Source: Clostridiales bacterium
Lineage (GTDB): Bacteria > Bacillota > Clostridia > Oscillospirales > CAG-382
DNA length: 64,000 nt
Direction: 5' to 3'
Assembly: GCA_003343885.1 (NCBI GenBank)
Contig: QAKH01000048.1
Location: forward strand, 72,779 to 136,778
Part shown: piece after piece, positions 55,358-64,000 of the stretch
Layout: each line of letters starts with the position of its first letter
Numbering within the stretch: position 1 is the stretch's first letter
Notes under the pieces: model-generated
Databases searched by the model: none
Told to the model about the DNA's origin: nothing
What the model saw: only the letters and a program-made list of their open reading frames with translations
Position numbers and translations under genes: made by a program

Positions 55358-55424
55358 ATCACACAAATTCCGGTTTATTGAATCGAAAAGTATATACTCA
55401 CAAATTTAAAATACACTAAAAAAT

Positions 55425-55448
55425 GAACCTGCCGCAACGGACAGGTTC
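55425..55448. terminator. bidirectional terminator between the lipoprotein gene and azlD
   Basis: GAACCTG / CAGGTTC stem with a 10-nt loop. T-rich on the plus side (GCTTGTTTGTTTT) and ATTTTTT on the minus side. Confidence 0.55.
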
Positions 55449-55480
55449 GCTTGTTTGTTTTGGAAAATAACAGCCGTTTT

Positions 55481-55801
55481 TTACATAAGTCTTTGGATAA
55501 GCTCCGCGACAAAAACAGCGCTGCACGCCGAAAGAGCGACGGACAGAAGCCCTTTTTCAAAAAACGCCATTATCAGCGCGACGGCGGTTCCGGCAAGTGC
55601 CGAGTACACGTTCGCGGTGGAATAAAACACCGCAGGTATTGTCATCGCGGCAAGCACCGCGTAAGGAATATAATACAGAAACGATCTTACAAAACGGTTT
55701 TGGATTTTTTTGCGGAAAACTATAAACGGAACTGCTCTGATAAGGTATGTAACCCCTGCCATAACGGCTACGCTTTCCAAAAAGTAAAGACCATCTATCA
55801 T
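55481..55801 (-). CDS. azlD: branched-chain amino acid transport protein AzlD
   Basis: 106 aa, 3-4 TM, with a typical AzlD N-terminus (..AGVTYLIRAVPF..F). Confidence 0.8.
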   Translation of the reverse strand: MIDGLYFLESVAVMAGVTYLIRAVPFIVFRKKIQNRFVRSFLYYIPYAVLAAMTIPAVFYSTANVYSALAGTAVALIMAFFEKGLLSVALSACSAVFVAELIQRLM

Positions 55802-55836
55802 GAAACTACGTCTTCCTTTCGAATAGTTTTATATAC

Positions 55837-56559
55837 TCAATTGCGGTCGTCTACCGGTTTTATTACCGCTCCGAGAACCGCCGCGAGCACCGAACAGATT
55901 ATGATGACAAATCCGGAGGACACGTCTGAAAGCACCGGAACAAACTTGAACAGGCAAGATAAAACCGCCGCTGCCGCCACGACTATGCTTATGGCACAGG
56001 ATTTTTTCATAGGCGGTATAAACACGGCTAAAAACATACCGTATATAGCAATTCCGAGGGCACTGCGAACTGCGTCCGGGAGCAATGCTCCGGCTGCCGC
56101 TCCGATAAGAGTTCCGGATGACCAGCCTAAAAACGGCGCAAGGATAAGTCCAAGCATATATTTTTTTCCGAGCTCGGCCGGTTTTGCGCTTGCTACGGCA
56201 AATATCTCGTCCGTATTTCCGAAGGCAATAAGAAATCTATCTCTAAACCGTACGCTTTTGTGCATTTTTTGTGAAAGGGATATTGACATAAGCGCATACC
56301 GCATGTTGATAACAAGCTGAGTCAACGCCATTTCCAAAAGCGTGCCTCCTGCAAGCATTACGTCAAGTCCAGCTATTTGTCCTGCCGAAGTAAGATTGGT
56401 CATTGATATGAGAAGCGCTTCTGCCGCAGACAATCCGCCTTCTGTTGCCATCATTCCAAAGGTGAAAGCAACCGACAGGTATCCGAGCGCAATTGGAATA
56501 CCGTCCGATATTCCTTTTCTGAAACTGTTAATAAAACTTATGCGGTTTTCTTGCTGCAT
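55837..56559 (-). CDS. azlC: AzlC-family branched-chain amino acid permease
   Basis: F..G..DGIPIALGY..V.F.FG motif. Start taken at ATG 56559 (GGAAGGGA upstream); the track ORF begins at 56580. Confidence 0.8.
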   Translation of the reverse strand: MQQENRISFINSFRKGISDGIPIALGYLSVAFTFGMMATEGGLSAAEALLISMTNLTSAGQIAGLDVMLAGGTLLEMALTQLVINMRYALMSISLSQKMHKSVRFRDRFLIAFGNTDEIFAVASAKPAELGKKYMLGLILAPFLGWSSGTLIGAAAGALLPDAVRSALGIAIYGMFLAVFIPPMKKSCAISIVVAAAAVLSCLFKFVPVLSDVSSGFVIIICSVLAAVLGAVIKPVDDRN

Positions 56560-56713
56560 CTCGACTGTCCCTTCCGACAAAAGAAACCGGCGGTACTGCC
56601 GTCGGCTGTTATTACCAACTCTCTGCCGTTCACTGAGTTTTATTTATTACTGATGATTATTTCTTGTTATATCGGTTGTTTAACATAACATATCGTTTCG
56701 TTAAATCGTTCCT

Positions 56714-56754
56714 GACAAACAAGAAAGTCCCGCACACAAAAACGTGTCGAGACT
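56714..56754 (-). terminator. intrinsic terminator after tRNA-Thr
   Basis: Minus-strand RNA: AGUCUCGACAC-GUUUUU-GUGU(G)CGGGACU (11 bp, one bulge) followed by UUUCUUGUUUGU. Confidence 0.6.
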
Positions 56755-56760
56755 CTCTGC

Positions 56761-56836
56761 TGGAGCTGGTAGCCGGACTTGAACCGGCGACCTGTTGATT
56801 ACGAATCAACTGCTCTACCAACTGAGCCATACCAGC
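56761..56836 (-). tRNA. tRNA-Thr (anticodon CGU), CCA encoded
   Basis: The reverse complement reads GCTGGTATGGCTCAGTTGGTAGAGCAGTTGATTCGTAATCAACAGGTCGCCGGTTCAAGTCCGGCTACCAGCTCCA. It forms a cloverleaf with a 7-bp acceptor stem, anticodon loop TTCGTAA and T-loop GGTTCAAGTCC. Confidence 0.93.
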
Positions 56837-57052
56837 AACTTTACCGTGTTAGTATATCACTTGGGCGGTGTTTTGTCAATATCTTTTTAGTATTTTTGAT
56901 TACATTTTTCGGACTTTTTTACAATTTGCGTAATTGTAAATTTTTAGAAAAAAACCGCTGAATTATTGGAAACTTTTTTATTGAACAATTGTAAAAAATG
57001 CTTTTCTTTGCATATTTTGTTGTATTTTTTTTGCTGTAACGCCTGGAAAACC

Positions 57053-57081
57053 TTGACTTTTTCGGAAACTCATGGTATATT
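57053..57081 (+). promoter_or_regulatory. sigma-A type promoter of rpoBC
   Basis: TTGACT (57053-57058), 17-nt spacer, TATATT (57076-57081). Confidence 0.55.
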
Positions 57082-57202
57082 GTTATACTGCATTATAATT
57101 GACTGATAATGGTTTGTTTCCTTATTATATTTATATGTTTCAGACCGTTTTTCAGTAAAGATTTTTCACCGACCGAGAATTTGAATGGAGTGATAGCATA
57201 CC

Positions 57203-60200
57203 ATGGTGAAGCCTTGCAAGCTCGGCAACAACATTCGATACAGCTTTTCAAAGATTGACGAAAAGCTGGAAATGCCGAACCTCATCGAGGTTCAAAAGGA
57301 ATCGTATGAATGGTTCCTTAAAGAGGGCATGAAAGAAGTCCTTGATGACGTTTCTCCCCTTGTCGACTACACGGGTAATCTGTTTATTGAGTTTGTTGAT
57401 TTTTCTATCGACAAGACTCCCAAATATCCCGTGGAAGAATGTAAGGAGCGTGACGTTAACTACGCTGCGCATCTTCGCGTTACCGTCCGTCTTTCAAACA
57501 AAGAAACGGGCGAAGTTCAGGAATCGGAAGTATTCATGGGCGATTTTCCGCTTATGACAGAACAAGGAACTTTCATCATCAACGGTGCCGAAAGAGTCGT
57601 TGTTTCTCAGATTGTCCGTTCGCCGGGCATATACTACGAGTCAACCGACGATAAGTCAGGCAAAAAGCTTTTAGCTTCAACCGTAATTCCTTACAGAGGC
57701 GCTTGGCTCGAATATGAAACCGACGCAAACGATGTTTTCTATGTAAGAATCGACAAAAACAGAAAACTTCCGGTGACAATTTTCCTGCGCGCGCTCGGTC
57801 TCGGCACTTCAAAGCAACTCCTTGACATGTTCGGCGAAGATGATTACATCAAAGCTACCCTTACCAAGGATCTCATGGAAAGTGAAGCACAGAAGAACGG
57901 AACTTCGGCTCAGGATGAGGCTCTTAAAGAGATTTACAAAAAACTTCGTCCCGGAGATCCTGCCATAGTTGAGTCCGCTCAGATACTCATCAACAACCTG
58001 TTCTTTGATGCAAAGAGATATGATATTTCAGCGGTAGGCCGTTACAAGTTTAACAAAAAGCTTGCCCTTGCCAGAAGAATTGCAGGATTCAAGCTTGCAT
58101 CTCCTGCAATCAATCCGTTCACAGGTGAAGTGATATGCGACGAAGGAACGCTTCTTAACCGTGAAATGGCAGAAAAGATTGAAAAATCCGGCTGCTACGA
58201 GGTTGAGTTATATACTCAAGAAGTTGACAATCCCCGCGTCTTCAAAGTTTTCTCGAACAAAATGGCGGACATGTTCGAAATAGGCGTTATTCCTGAAGGT
58301 TATGATCTTTCTTCCTTGAATGTTTCGGAAAAGGTTCAGGTAGACGTACTCCGCGACATTCTTGATAAAACAGGCAACGAAGAAGAATTCATCGCTGCGT
58401 TCAACGAGAGAAGAAATGAGCTTATACCAAAGCATATTACCCGCGACGACATTTATGCGTCCGTAAACTACATGCTCTGCATAGCTCACGGCTGTGGTAC
58501 GGTTGATGACATCGACCATCTTGGTAACAGACGTCTTCGCAGTGTCGGCGAGCTTCTTCAGAATCAGATGAGAATCGGATTTACCCGTATGGAAAAGCTT
58601 GTAAAAGAGCGTATGACCATGCAGGACTCCGAAAATCTGACTCCTCAGAATCTTATAAATATTCGTCCGATAGTTTCGGCAATAAAGGAATTTTTCGGTT
58701 CCTCTCCCCTTTCTCAGTTCATGGATCAGGCAAACCCGCTTGCCGAGCTTACTCACAAGAGACGTCTTTCGGCTCTCGGTCCCGGCGGTCTTTCCAGAGA
58801 CAGAGCTTCTTTCGAAGTCCGTGACGTTCACTACACGCATTACGGAAGAATGTGTCCTATCGAGACTCCTGAAGGTCCGAACATCGGTCTTATATCTTAT
58901 CTTTCCACTTATGCAAAGATAAACAAATTTGGCTTTATAGAGGCGCCTTACCGCAAGGTTGACAAGCAGACCGGTATTGTTACCGACGAGGTTGTCTATA
59001 TGACCGCTGACGTTGAGGACGAATACGTAGTTGCACAGGCGAACGAGTCTCTTGACGAAAACGGACGCTTTAAAAATAACCGTGTTACCGTTCGTATCCG
59101 TGAAGAGATAACGGAAGTTGAAAAAGAGCGTGTTGACTACATGGATGTATCGCCTAAGATGGTGGTATCCGTCGCAACCGCTATGATCCCCTTCCTTGAA
59201 AACGATGACAACTCCCGTGCGCTCATGGGATCAAACATGCAGAAACAGGCAGTTCCGCTTATGATGACCGAAAGCCCGATTGTCGGAACAGGTATGGAAT
59301 ACAAGGCGGCTGTTGACTCAGGCGTTGTTGTTGTTGCTAAGGCTGACGGACTTGTTGAGGCTGCAAGCGGAGACAAAATTGAAGTTCGAGAGGACGACGG
59401 AAACGTACGCACCTACCACCTTATCAAGTTCAAGCGTTCAAACCAGGGCACCTGTGTTAACCAGCGCCCGATCGTATTCAAGGGCGAACGTGTTACAAAA
59501 GGTCAGGTTATTGCCGATGGTCCCGCTACTTCAAACGGAGAAGTTTCACTCGGTAAAAACGCTCTTATCGGTTTCATGACCTGGGAAGGCTACAACTACG
59601 AGGACGCTGTTCTCCTTAACGAAAGACTTGTACGAGATGACGTTTATACGTCAATACACATAGAAGAGTATTCACACGAAGCAAGAGATACAAAGCTCGG
59701 ACCGGAAGAAATCACCCGCGATATTCCTAACGTCGGCGAGGATGCGCTCAAGTACCTCACTTCAAGCGGTGTTATCAGTATTGGTGCTGAGGTTCACGCC
59801 GGTGATATACTTGTCGGAAAGGTAACTCCGAAAGGCGAAACCGAATTGACCGCTGAAGAGCGTTTGCTCCGTGCAATTTTCGGTGAAAAGGCAAGAGAAG
59901 TAAGAGATACTTCACTGCGTTTGCCTCACGGTGAAAGCGGAATTGTCGTAGACGTTCGTGAATTCTCAAGAGAAAATTCAGACGAGCTTCCTCCCGGAGT
60001 AAACAAGGTTGTTCGCGTTTATATTGCACAGAAGAGAAAGATTTCCGTCGGTGACAAAATGGCCGGACGTCACGGAAACAAAGGTGTCGTTTCCCGTATT
60101 CTTCCTCCGGAAGATATGCCGTTCCTGCCTGACGGTACTCCTCTTGATATAGTTCTTAATCCGCTGGGCGTTCCGTCCCGTATGAATATCGGACAGGTGC

Positions 60201-60964
60201 TTGAAGTTCATCTCGGAATAGCTGCGAAAAAGCTCGGCTGGAAAATAATGACTCCTGTATTTGACGGAGCTAACGAGCAGGATATTGCTGAGTGTCTCAA
60301 GCAAGCCGGCATGAGAGAAGACGGAAAGACCGTTCTCTACGACGGACGTACAGGAGAACAGTTTGACAACCCTGTTACCGTCGGTATCATGTATTACCTC
60401 AAGCTCCATCACCTTGTTGACGATAAGATTCACGCCCGTTCAACAGGTCCTTACTCACTTGTTACGCAGCAGCCTCTCGGCGGTAAAGCTCAGTTCGGCG
60501 GACAGCGTTTCGGAGAAATGGAAGTTTGGGCTCTCGAAGCTTACGGTGCAGCTTACACACTTCAGGAAATACTCACCGTTAAGTCTGACGACGTTATCGG
60601 ACGTGTAAAGGCATACGAAGCAATAGTAAAAGGACAGAACATCCCGACACCGGGTGTGCCTGAGTCATTTAAGGTTCTTATCCGTGAGCTTCAGTCATTG
60701 GCTCTCGACGTCAGGGTTCTTGACAAGGACGGAAACGAAATTACGCTCAAGGAAAGCAGTGCCGAAGAATTAGACGGCATGAAAAATATCGTTTCCGAAG
60801 ATCTCGGAGAAAATGTTGTAACAGATATAGACAATTTCATAATTGAAGATGAAAACGGAGATGCAGTTGAAGGCGAGGACAGCGACGACGATTACTCCGA
60901 CGACTACTCCGACGATTATTCCGATGACATGTTTGGCGGCGAAGATGACGGACTTGATATCTGA
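57203..60964 (+). CDS. rpoB: DNA-directed RNA polymerase subunit beta, with ~70-aa acidic C-terminal extension
   Basis: 1253 aa with conserved blocks throughout (e.g. [31 protein letters not shown]). The tail ends [28 protein letters not shown]. Confidence 0.97.
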   Translation: MVKPCKLGNNIRYSFSKIDEKLEMPNLIEVQKESYEWFLKEGMKEVLDDVSPLVDYTGNLFIEFVDFSIDKTPKYPVEECKERDVNYAAHLRVTVRLSNKETGEVQESEVFMGDFPLMTEQGTFIINGAERVVVSQIVRSPGIYYESTDDKSGKKLLASTVIPYRGAWLEYETDANDVFYVRIDKNRKLPVTIFLRALGLGTSKQLLDMFGEDDYIKATLTKDLMESEAQKNGTSAQDEALKEIYKKLRPGDPAIVESAQILINNLFFDAKRYDISAVGRYKFNKKLALARRIAGFKLASPAINPFTGEVICDEGTLLNREMAEKIEKSGCYEVELYTQEVDNPRVFKVFSNKMADMFEIGVIPEGYDLSSLNVSEKVQVDVLRDILDKTGNEEEFIAAFNERRNELIPKHITRDDIYASVNYMLCIAHGCGTVDDIDHLGNRRLRSVGELLQNQMRIGFTRMEKLVKERMTMQDSENLTPQNLINIRPIVSAIKEFFGSSPLSQFMDQANPLAELTHKRRLSALGPGGLSRDRASFEVRDVHYTHYGRMCPIETPEGPNIGLISYLSTYAKINKFGFIEAPYRKVDKQTGIVTDEVVYMTADVEDEYVVAQANESLDENGRFKNNRVTVRIREEITEVEKERVDYMDVSPKMVVSVATAMIPFLENDDNSRALMGSNMQKQAVPLMMTESPIVGTGMEYKAAVDSGVVVVAKADGLVEAASGDKIEVREDDGNVRTYHLIKFKRSNQGTCVNQRPIVFKGERVTKGQVIADGPATSNGEVSLGKNALIGFMTWEGYNYEDAVLLNERLVRDDVYTSIHIEEYSHEARDTKLGPEEITRDIPNVGEDALKYLTSSGVISIGAEVHAGDILVGKVTPKGETELTAEERLLRAIFGEKAREVRDTSLRLPHGESGIVVDVREFSRENSDELPPGVNKVVRVYIAQKRKISVGDKMAGRHGNKGVVSRILPPEDMPFLPDGTPLDIVLNPLGVPSRMNIGQVLEVHLGIAAKKLGWKIMTPVFDGANEQDIAECLKQAGMREDGKTVLYDGRTGEQFDNPVTVGIMYYLKLHHLVDDKIHARSTGPYSLVTQQPLGGKAQFGGQRFGEMEVWALEAYGAAYTLQEILTVKSDDVIGRVKAYEAIVKGQNIPTPGVPESFKVLIRELQSLALDVRVLDKDGNEITLKESSAEELDGMKNIVSEDLGENVVTDIDNFIIEDENGDAVEGEDSDDDYSDDYSDDYSDDMFGGEDDGLDI
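60887..60922 (+). repeat. 3 x 12-nt in-frame tandem repeat (DDYS)3 in the rpoB tail
   Basis: GACGATTACTCC / GACGACTACTCC / GACGATTATTCC are consecutive. Confidence 0.9.
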
Positions 60965-61005
60965 TGCTTGCAAATTTCTAACGAAAAGGAGCAATGTATA
61001 AGCTG

Positions 61006-64000
61006 ATGGCACAAAATGAACACAATGAATTTGAAGCTATAAAAATCGGTCTTGCTTCTCCCGAGATGATTCGCAAATGGTCATACGGAGAGGTAAAAAA
61101 ACCGGAAACCATTAACTACCGCACTCTTAAGCCTGAAAAAGACGGCTTGTACTGTGAGCGCATTTTCGGTCCGCAAAAAGACTGGGAATGTCACTGCGGA
61201 AAGTACAAGAGAGTACGTTACAAAGGCAAGGTCTGCGAAAAATGCCACGTTGAAATAACCACGAACAAGGTTCGCCGTGAGAGAATGGGGCACATCGAGC
61301 TTGCCTGCCCCGTTTCCCACATTTGGTATTTCAGGGCTATTCCGTCAAGAATGGGACTTTTGCTTGACGTTTCCCCTCGTTTGCTCGAAAAAGTACTGTA
61401 TTTTGCACAGTACATCGTAATTGATCCCGGTGAAGCTACCGGTCTTGAAAAGATGCAGCTTCTCACCGAACAGGAATACAATCAGAAGTATGAGTATTAC
61501 GGAGATGAATTCCGTGTCGGAATGGGTGCTGAGGCGATAAAGGAGCTTTTATCCGAGATAGACTGTGAAAAGCTTTCCGCTGAACTCCAGGCTGAGCTTG
61601 AAACAGCTGTCGGACAAAAGAGAGTACGCCTTATCAAGCGTCTTGAAGTTGTGGAAGCCTTCCGCCAGTCCGGAAACAAGCCCGAATGGATGATTTTGGA
61701 CGTTGTACCGGTAATTCCTCCGGACATTCGTCCTATGGTTCAGCTTGACGGCGGACGTTTTGCAACAAGCGACCTCAACGACCTTTACAGACGTGTTATA
61801 AACAGAAACAACCGTTTAAAGAAAATGATGGAGTTAACTGCTCCGGACATTATTATCCGTAACGAGAAGAGAATGCTTCAGGAAGCTGTTGACGCCCTTA
61901 TCGACAACGGCAGAAGAGGTCGTCCCGTAACCGGTCCTAACAACCGTCCGCTCAAATCTCTTTCCGAGATGCTTCGCGGTAAGCAGGGACGTTTCCGTCA
62001 GAACCTGCTCGGAAAACGTGTTGACTATTCCGGACGTTCGGTTATAGTTGTCGGTCCTGATCTTAAGATTTATCAGTGCGGTCTTCCTAAGGAAATGGCT
62101 CTTGAACTCTTCAAGCCGTTTGTTATGAAAAGACTTGTAGAAACCGGCAAAGCTTCCAATATAAAGGATGCTAAAAAACGTGTTGAACGTGTAAGTCCTG
62201 AAGTTTGGGACGCTCTTGAGCATGTTATCAAGGATCATCCTGTTCTTCTAAATCGTGCGCCTACCCTTCACAGACTTTCTATTCAGGCATTTGAGCCGGT
62301 TCTCGTTGAGGGACGTGCTATAAAGCTTCATCCGCTCGTTTGTACGGCGTTCAACGCCGACTTCGACGGTGACCAGATGCCGGTTCACGTTCCGTTGTCC
62401 GCAGAGGCTCAAAGCGAGGCACGCTTCCTTATGCTTTCTGCAAACAACCTGTTAAAGCCGGTTAACGGTCATGCCGTTACCGTTCCGTCGCAGGACATGG
62501 TTCTCGGTTCCTACTACCTCACTCTTCTCAAGCACGGCGAACCCGGTGAGGGTAAGATTTTCCGTGACTATGATGAAGCTATGATGGCTTATTCGGTAGG
62601 TGAGCTCGGACTTCACGCCCCGATAAAGGTAAGAATCACAAAAACACTCGACGACGGCACTGTAAAGAGCGCAATTGTTGACGCTACTTTAGGAAGGCTT
62701 ATATTCAACCAGCCTATTCCGCAGGATTTGCATTTTATTGAAAGAGATGAAACCAACGAGCTTGATCTTGAAATTAACTTTGTCGTTACCAAGGATGAGC
62801 TTGGACAAATAGTTGACCGTTCCATCAAATACCATGGAATAAGCAAAACCGCTGAGCTGCTTGACAAGATAAAGGCGATGGGCTTTAAGTATTCGACAAA
62901 AGGCTCAATCTCTATATCAGTTTCGGATATGACTGTACCTCCTCAGAAGAAAGTCATTATAGCTGAAGGCGAAAAACAGGTTGAAATGATTTCAAAGATG
63001 TACAAACGAGGACTTCTGTCTAACGAAGAGAGAAGAGACCGTGTCATCAAAATCTGGGAAGACGCTACCAAGGACGTTACCACCGCTCTTCAAAACAACC
63101 TTGATGAATTTAACAGCATCAAGATGATGGCGGACTCCGGTGCCCGCGGTTCTATTAAGCAGATTCGTCAGCTTGCCGGTATGCGTGGACTTATGGCTTC
63201 AACCTCCGGTAAAACAATTGAACTTCCTATTAAGGCTAACTTCCGTGAAGGTCTTAATATTTTGGAATACTTTATAGCGGCGCGCGGTGCGCGTAAAGGT
63301 CTTGCCGACACTGCTTTGCGTACGGCTGACTCCGGATACCTTACAAGACGTCTTGTTGATGTTTCACAGGACGTTATCGTCCGTGAGGAAAACTGCCATG
63401 ACACAGTCGGACTTTGGGTCAGCGCTATCAAGGATAACAACGAGCTCATTGAGCCGTTGGCTGACAGACTCCTCGGCAGATACATCATCGGCGATATCAC
63501 AGATCCTAACACCGGTGAGCTTATTGCTGCTGACGATACAATGCTTGATGAAAATCAGGTAAACAAGATAATAGCAGCCGGAATAGAAAAGGTACACATT
63601 CGTTCAGTTCTCAACTGCCATGCTAAACACGGCACATGTATTCACTGTTACGGTGCGGACCTTGCTTCAGGAAATCCTGTCAACATCGGTGAGGCTGTCG
63701 GAATTATTGCCGCTCAGTCCATCGGTGAGCCGGGTACACAGCTTACCATGCGTACCTTCCATACCGGTGGTATTGCCGGCGGAGATATCACACAGGGTCT
63801 TCCCCGTGTTGAAGAGCTTTTCGAAGCAAGACGTCCTAAAAAGACATCAGTTGTTGCTGATTTTGACGGACAGATATCTATTGAAGAAGACAAAAAAGCA
63901 AGACACGTCAAGCTCACTAACGCACAAACCGGCGAAGAGAAGATGTATATTATACCGTTCGGTACGAGAATGGTTGTACAGGACGGCGACTACGTTGTCA
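61006..64000 (+). CDS. rpoC: DNA-directed RNA polymerase subunit beta' (3' end outside window)
   Basis: Open frame from ATG 61006 (or 60994) to the window end; absent from the ORF track because there is no stop. Translation [40 protein letters not shown].., zinc-finger CHCGKY..CEKC and NADFDGDQM are present. Confidence 0.95.
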   Translation, partial: MAQNEHNEFEAIKIGLASPEMIRKWSYGEVKKPETINYRTLKPEKDGLYCERIFGPQKDWECHCGKYKRVRYKGKVCEKCHVEITTNKVRRERMGHIELACPVSHIWYFRAIPSRMGLLLDVSPRLLEKVLYFAQYIVIDPGEATGLEKMQLLTEQEYNQKYEYYGDEFRVGMGAEAIKELLSEIDCEKLSAELQAELETAVGQKRVRLIKRLEVVEAFRQSGNKPEWMILDVVPVIPPDIRPMVQLDGGRFATSDLNDLYRRVINRNNRLKKMMELTAPDIIIRNEKRMLQEAVDALIDNGRRGRPVTGPNNRPLKSLSEMLRGKQGRFRQNLLGKRVDYSGRSVIVVGPDLKIYQCGLPKEMALELFKPFVMKRLVETGKASNIKDAKKRVERVSPEVWDALEHVIKDHPVLLNRAPTLHRLSIQAFEPVLVEGRAIKLHPLVCTAFNADFDGDQMPVHVPLSAEAQSEARFLMLSANNLLKPVNGHAVTVPSQDMVLGSYYLTLLKHGEPGEGKIFRDYDEAMMAYSVGELGLHAPIKVRITKTLDDGTVKSAIVDATLGRLIFNQPIPQDLHFIERDETNELDLEINFVVTKDELGQIVDRSIKYHGISKTAELLDKIKAMGFKYSTKGSISISVSDMTVPPQKKVIIAEGEKQVEMISKMYKRGLLSNEERRDRVIKIWEDATKDVTTALQNNLDEFNSIKMMADSGARGSIKQIRQLAGMRGLMASTSGKTIELPIKANFREGLNILEYFIAARGARKGLADTALRTADSGYLTRRLVDVSQDVIVREENCHDTVGLWVSAIKDNNELIEPLADRLLGRYIIGDITDPNTGELIAADDTMLDENQVNKIIAAGIEKVHIRSVLNCHAKHGTCIHCYGADLASGNPVNIGEAVGIIAAQSIGEPGTQLTMRTFHTGGIAGGDITQGLPRVEELFEARRPKKTSVVADFDGQISIEEDKKARHVKLTNAQTGEEKMYIIPFGTRMVVQDGDYVV

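Noticed and set aside
55451-56320. 289-aa ORF on the plus strand.
   Set aside because: It spans azlD and azlC on the opposite strand, both with family-typical sequences. Its R/K/A-rich translation lacks motifs.
56581-56713. Possible T-box leader upstream of azlCD (an AGAGA box and GGCAGTACCGCC resembling the T-box GGTGGTACCGCG).
   Set aside because: The UGGN tRNA-acceptor-pairing core is missing. The leader is too short (~130 nt after the tRNA terminator). I could build no Stem I/specifier loop and no clear terminator/antiterminator pair.
56779-56961. 60-aa ORF on the plus strand.
   Set aside because: It overlaps the tRNA-Thr gene on the other strand and continues into AT-rich intergenic DNA, and it has no RBS.
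1-64000. Search for mobile elements, defence systems, toxin-antitoxin pairs, rRNA and CRISPR.
   Set aside because: I found no transposase, integrase, recombinase, Cas, restriction/methylase, nuclease-NTPase or small paired ORF signatures in any frame, and no terminal inverted repeats or long (>30 nt) duplicated segments by eye. Small or highly divergent systems could still have been missed without a search tool.

Overview
This is a chromosomal segment of a spore-forming Firmicute, Clostridia-like (spoIIE, V-type ATPase and a dnaA region are present; roughly mid-40s % GC by eye). All family calls come from motif recognition in the supplied translations; no database search was run. Housekeeping genes: a SLOG/YpsA-like gene, dnaA, a YgiQ-type radical SAM gene, trmB, nadE, ppa, dut, spoIIE, an ABC-F ATPase, azlCD, tRNA-Thr(CGU), rpoB and the 5' part of rpoC. 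There is a ten-gene V/A-type ATPase operon (22.7-32.3 kb) with a DUF368 membrane gene inserted between the B and D subunits. An orphan Na+-decarboxylase beta/gamma pair sits behind a long structured leader. A GH78 + GH2 + AEC + DUF554 block lies on the minus strand. The most unusual content is a tightly packed nine-gene minus-strand locus (32.35-47.9 kb). It encodes a ~1075-aa secreted solute-binding protein with two CBM-like repeats, two separate ABC permease pairs, and a beta-propeller/TPR/Yip1 membrane fusion. It also encodes a ~1040-aa secreted protein with a ~130-aa acidic insert, a cytoplasmic glycosidase-like protein and an Fmt-type formyltransferase. The locus has no ATPase and no regulator, and I regard it as an uncharacterised glycan capture/import system. 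Other observations: dnaA lacks dnaN and lacks DnaA-box clusters; a methyltransferase pseudogene carries two compensating frameshifts; several leader hairpins and operator-like repeats are present; acidic low-complexity tracts recur in several proteins. I found no CRISPR array, transposase, integrase, rRNA or recognisable defence genes.
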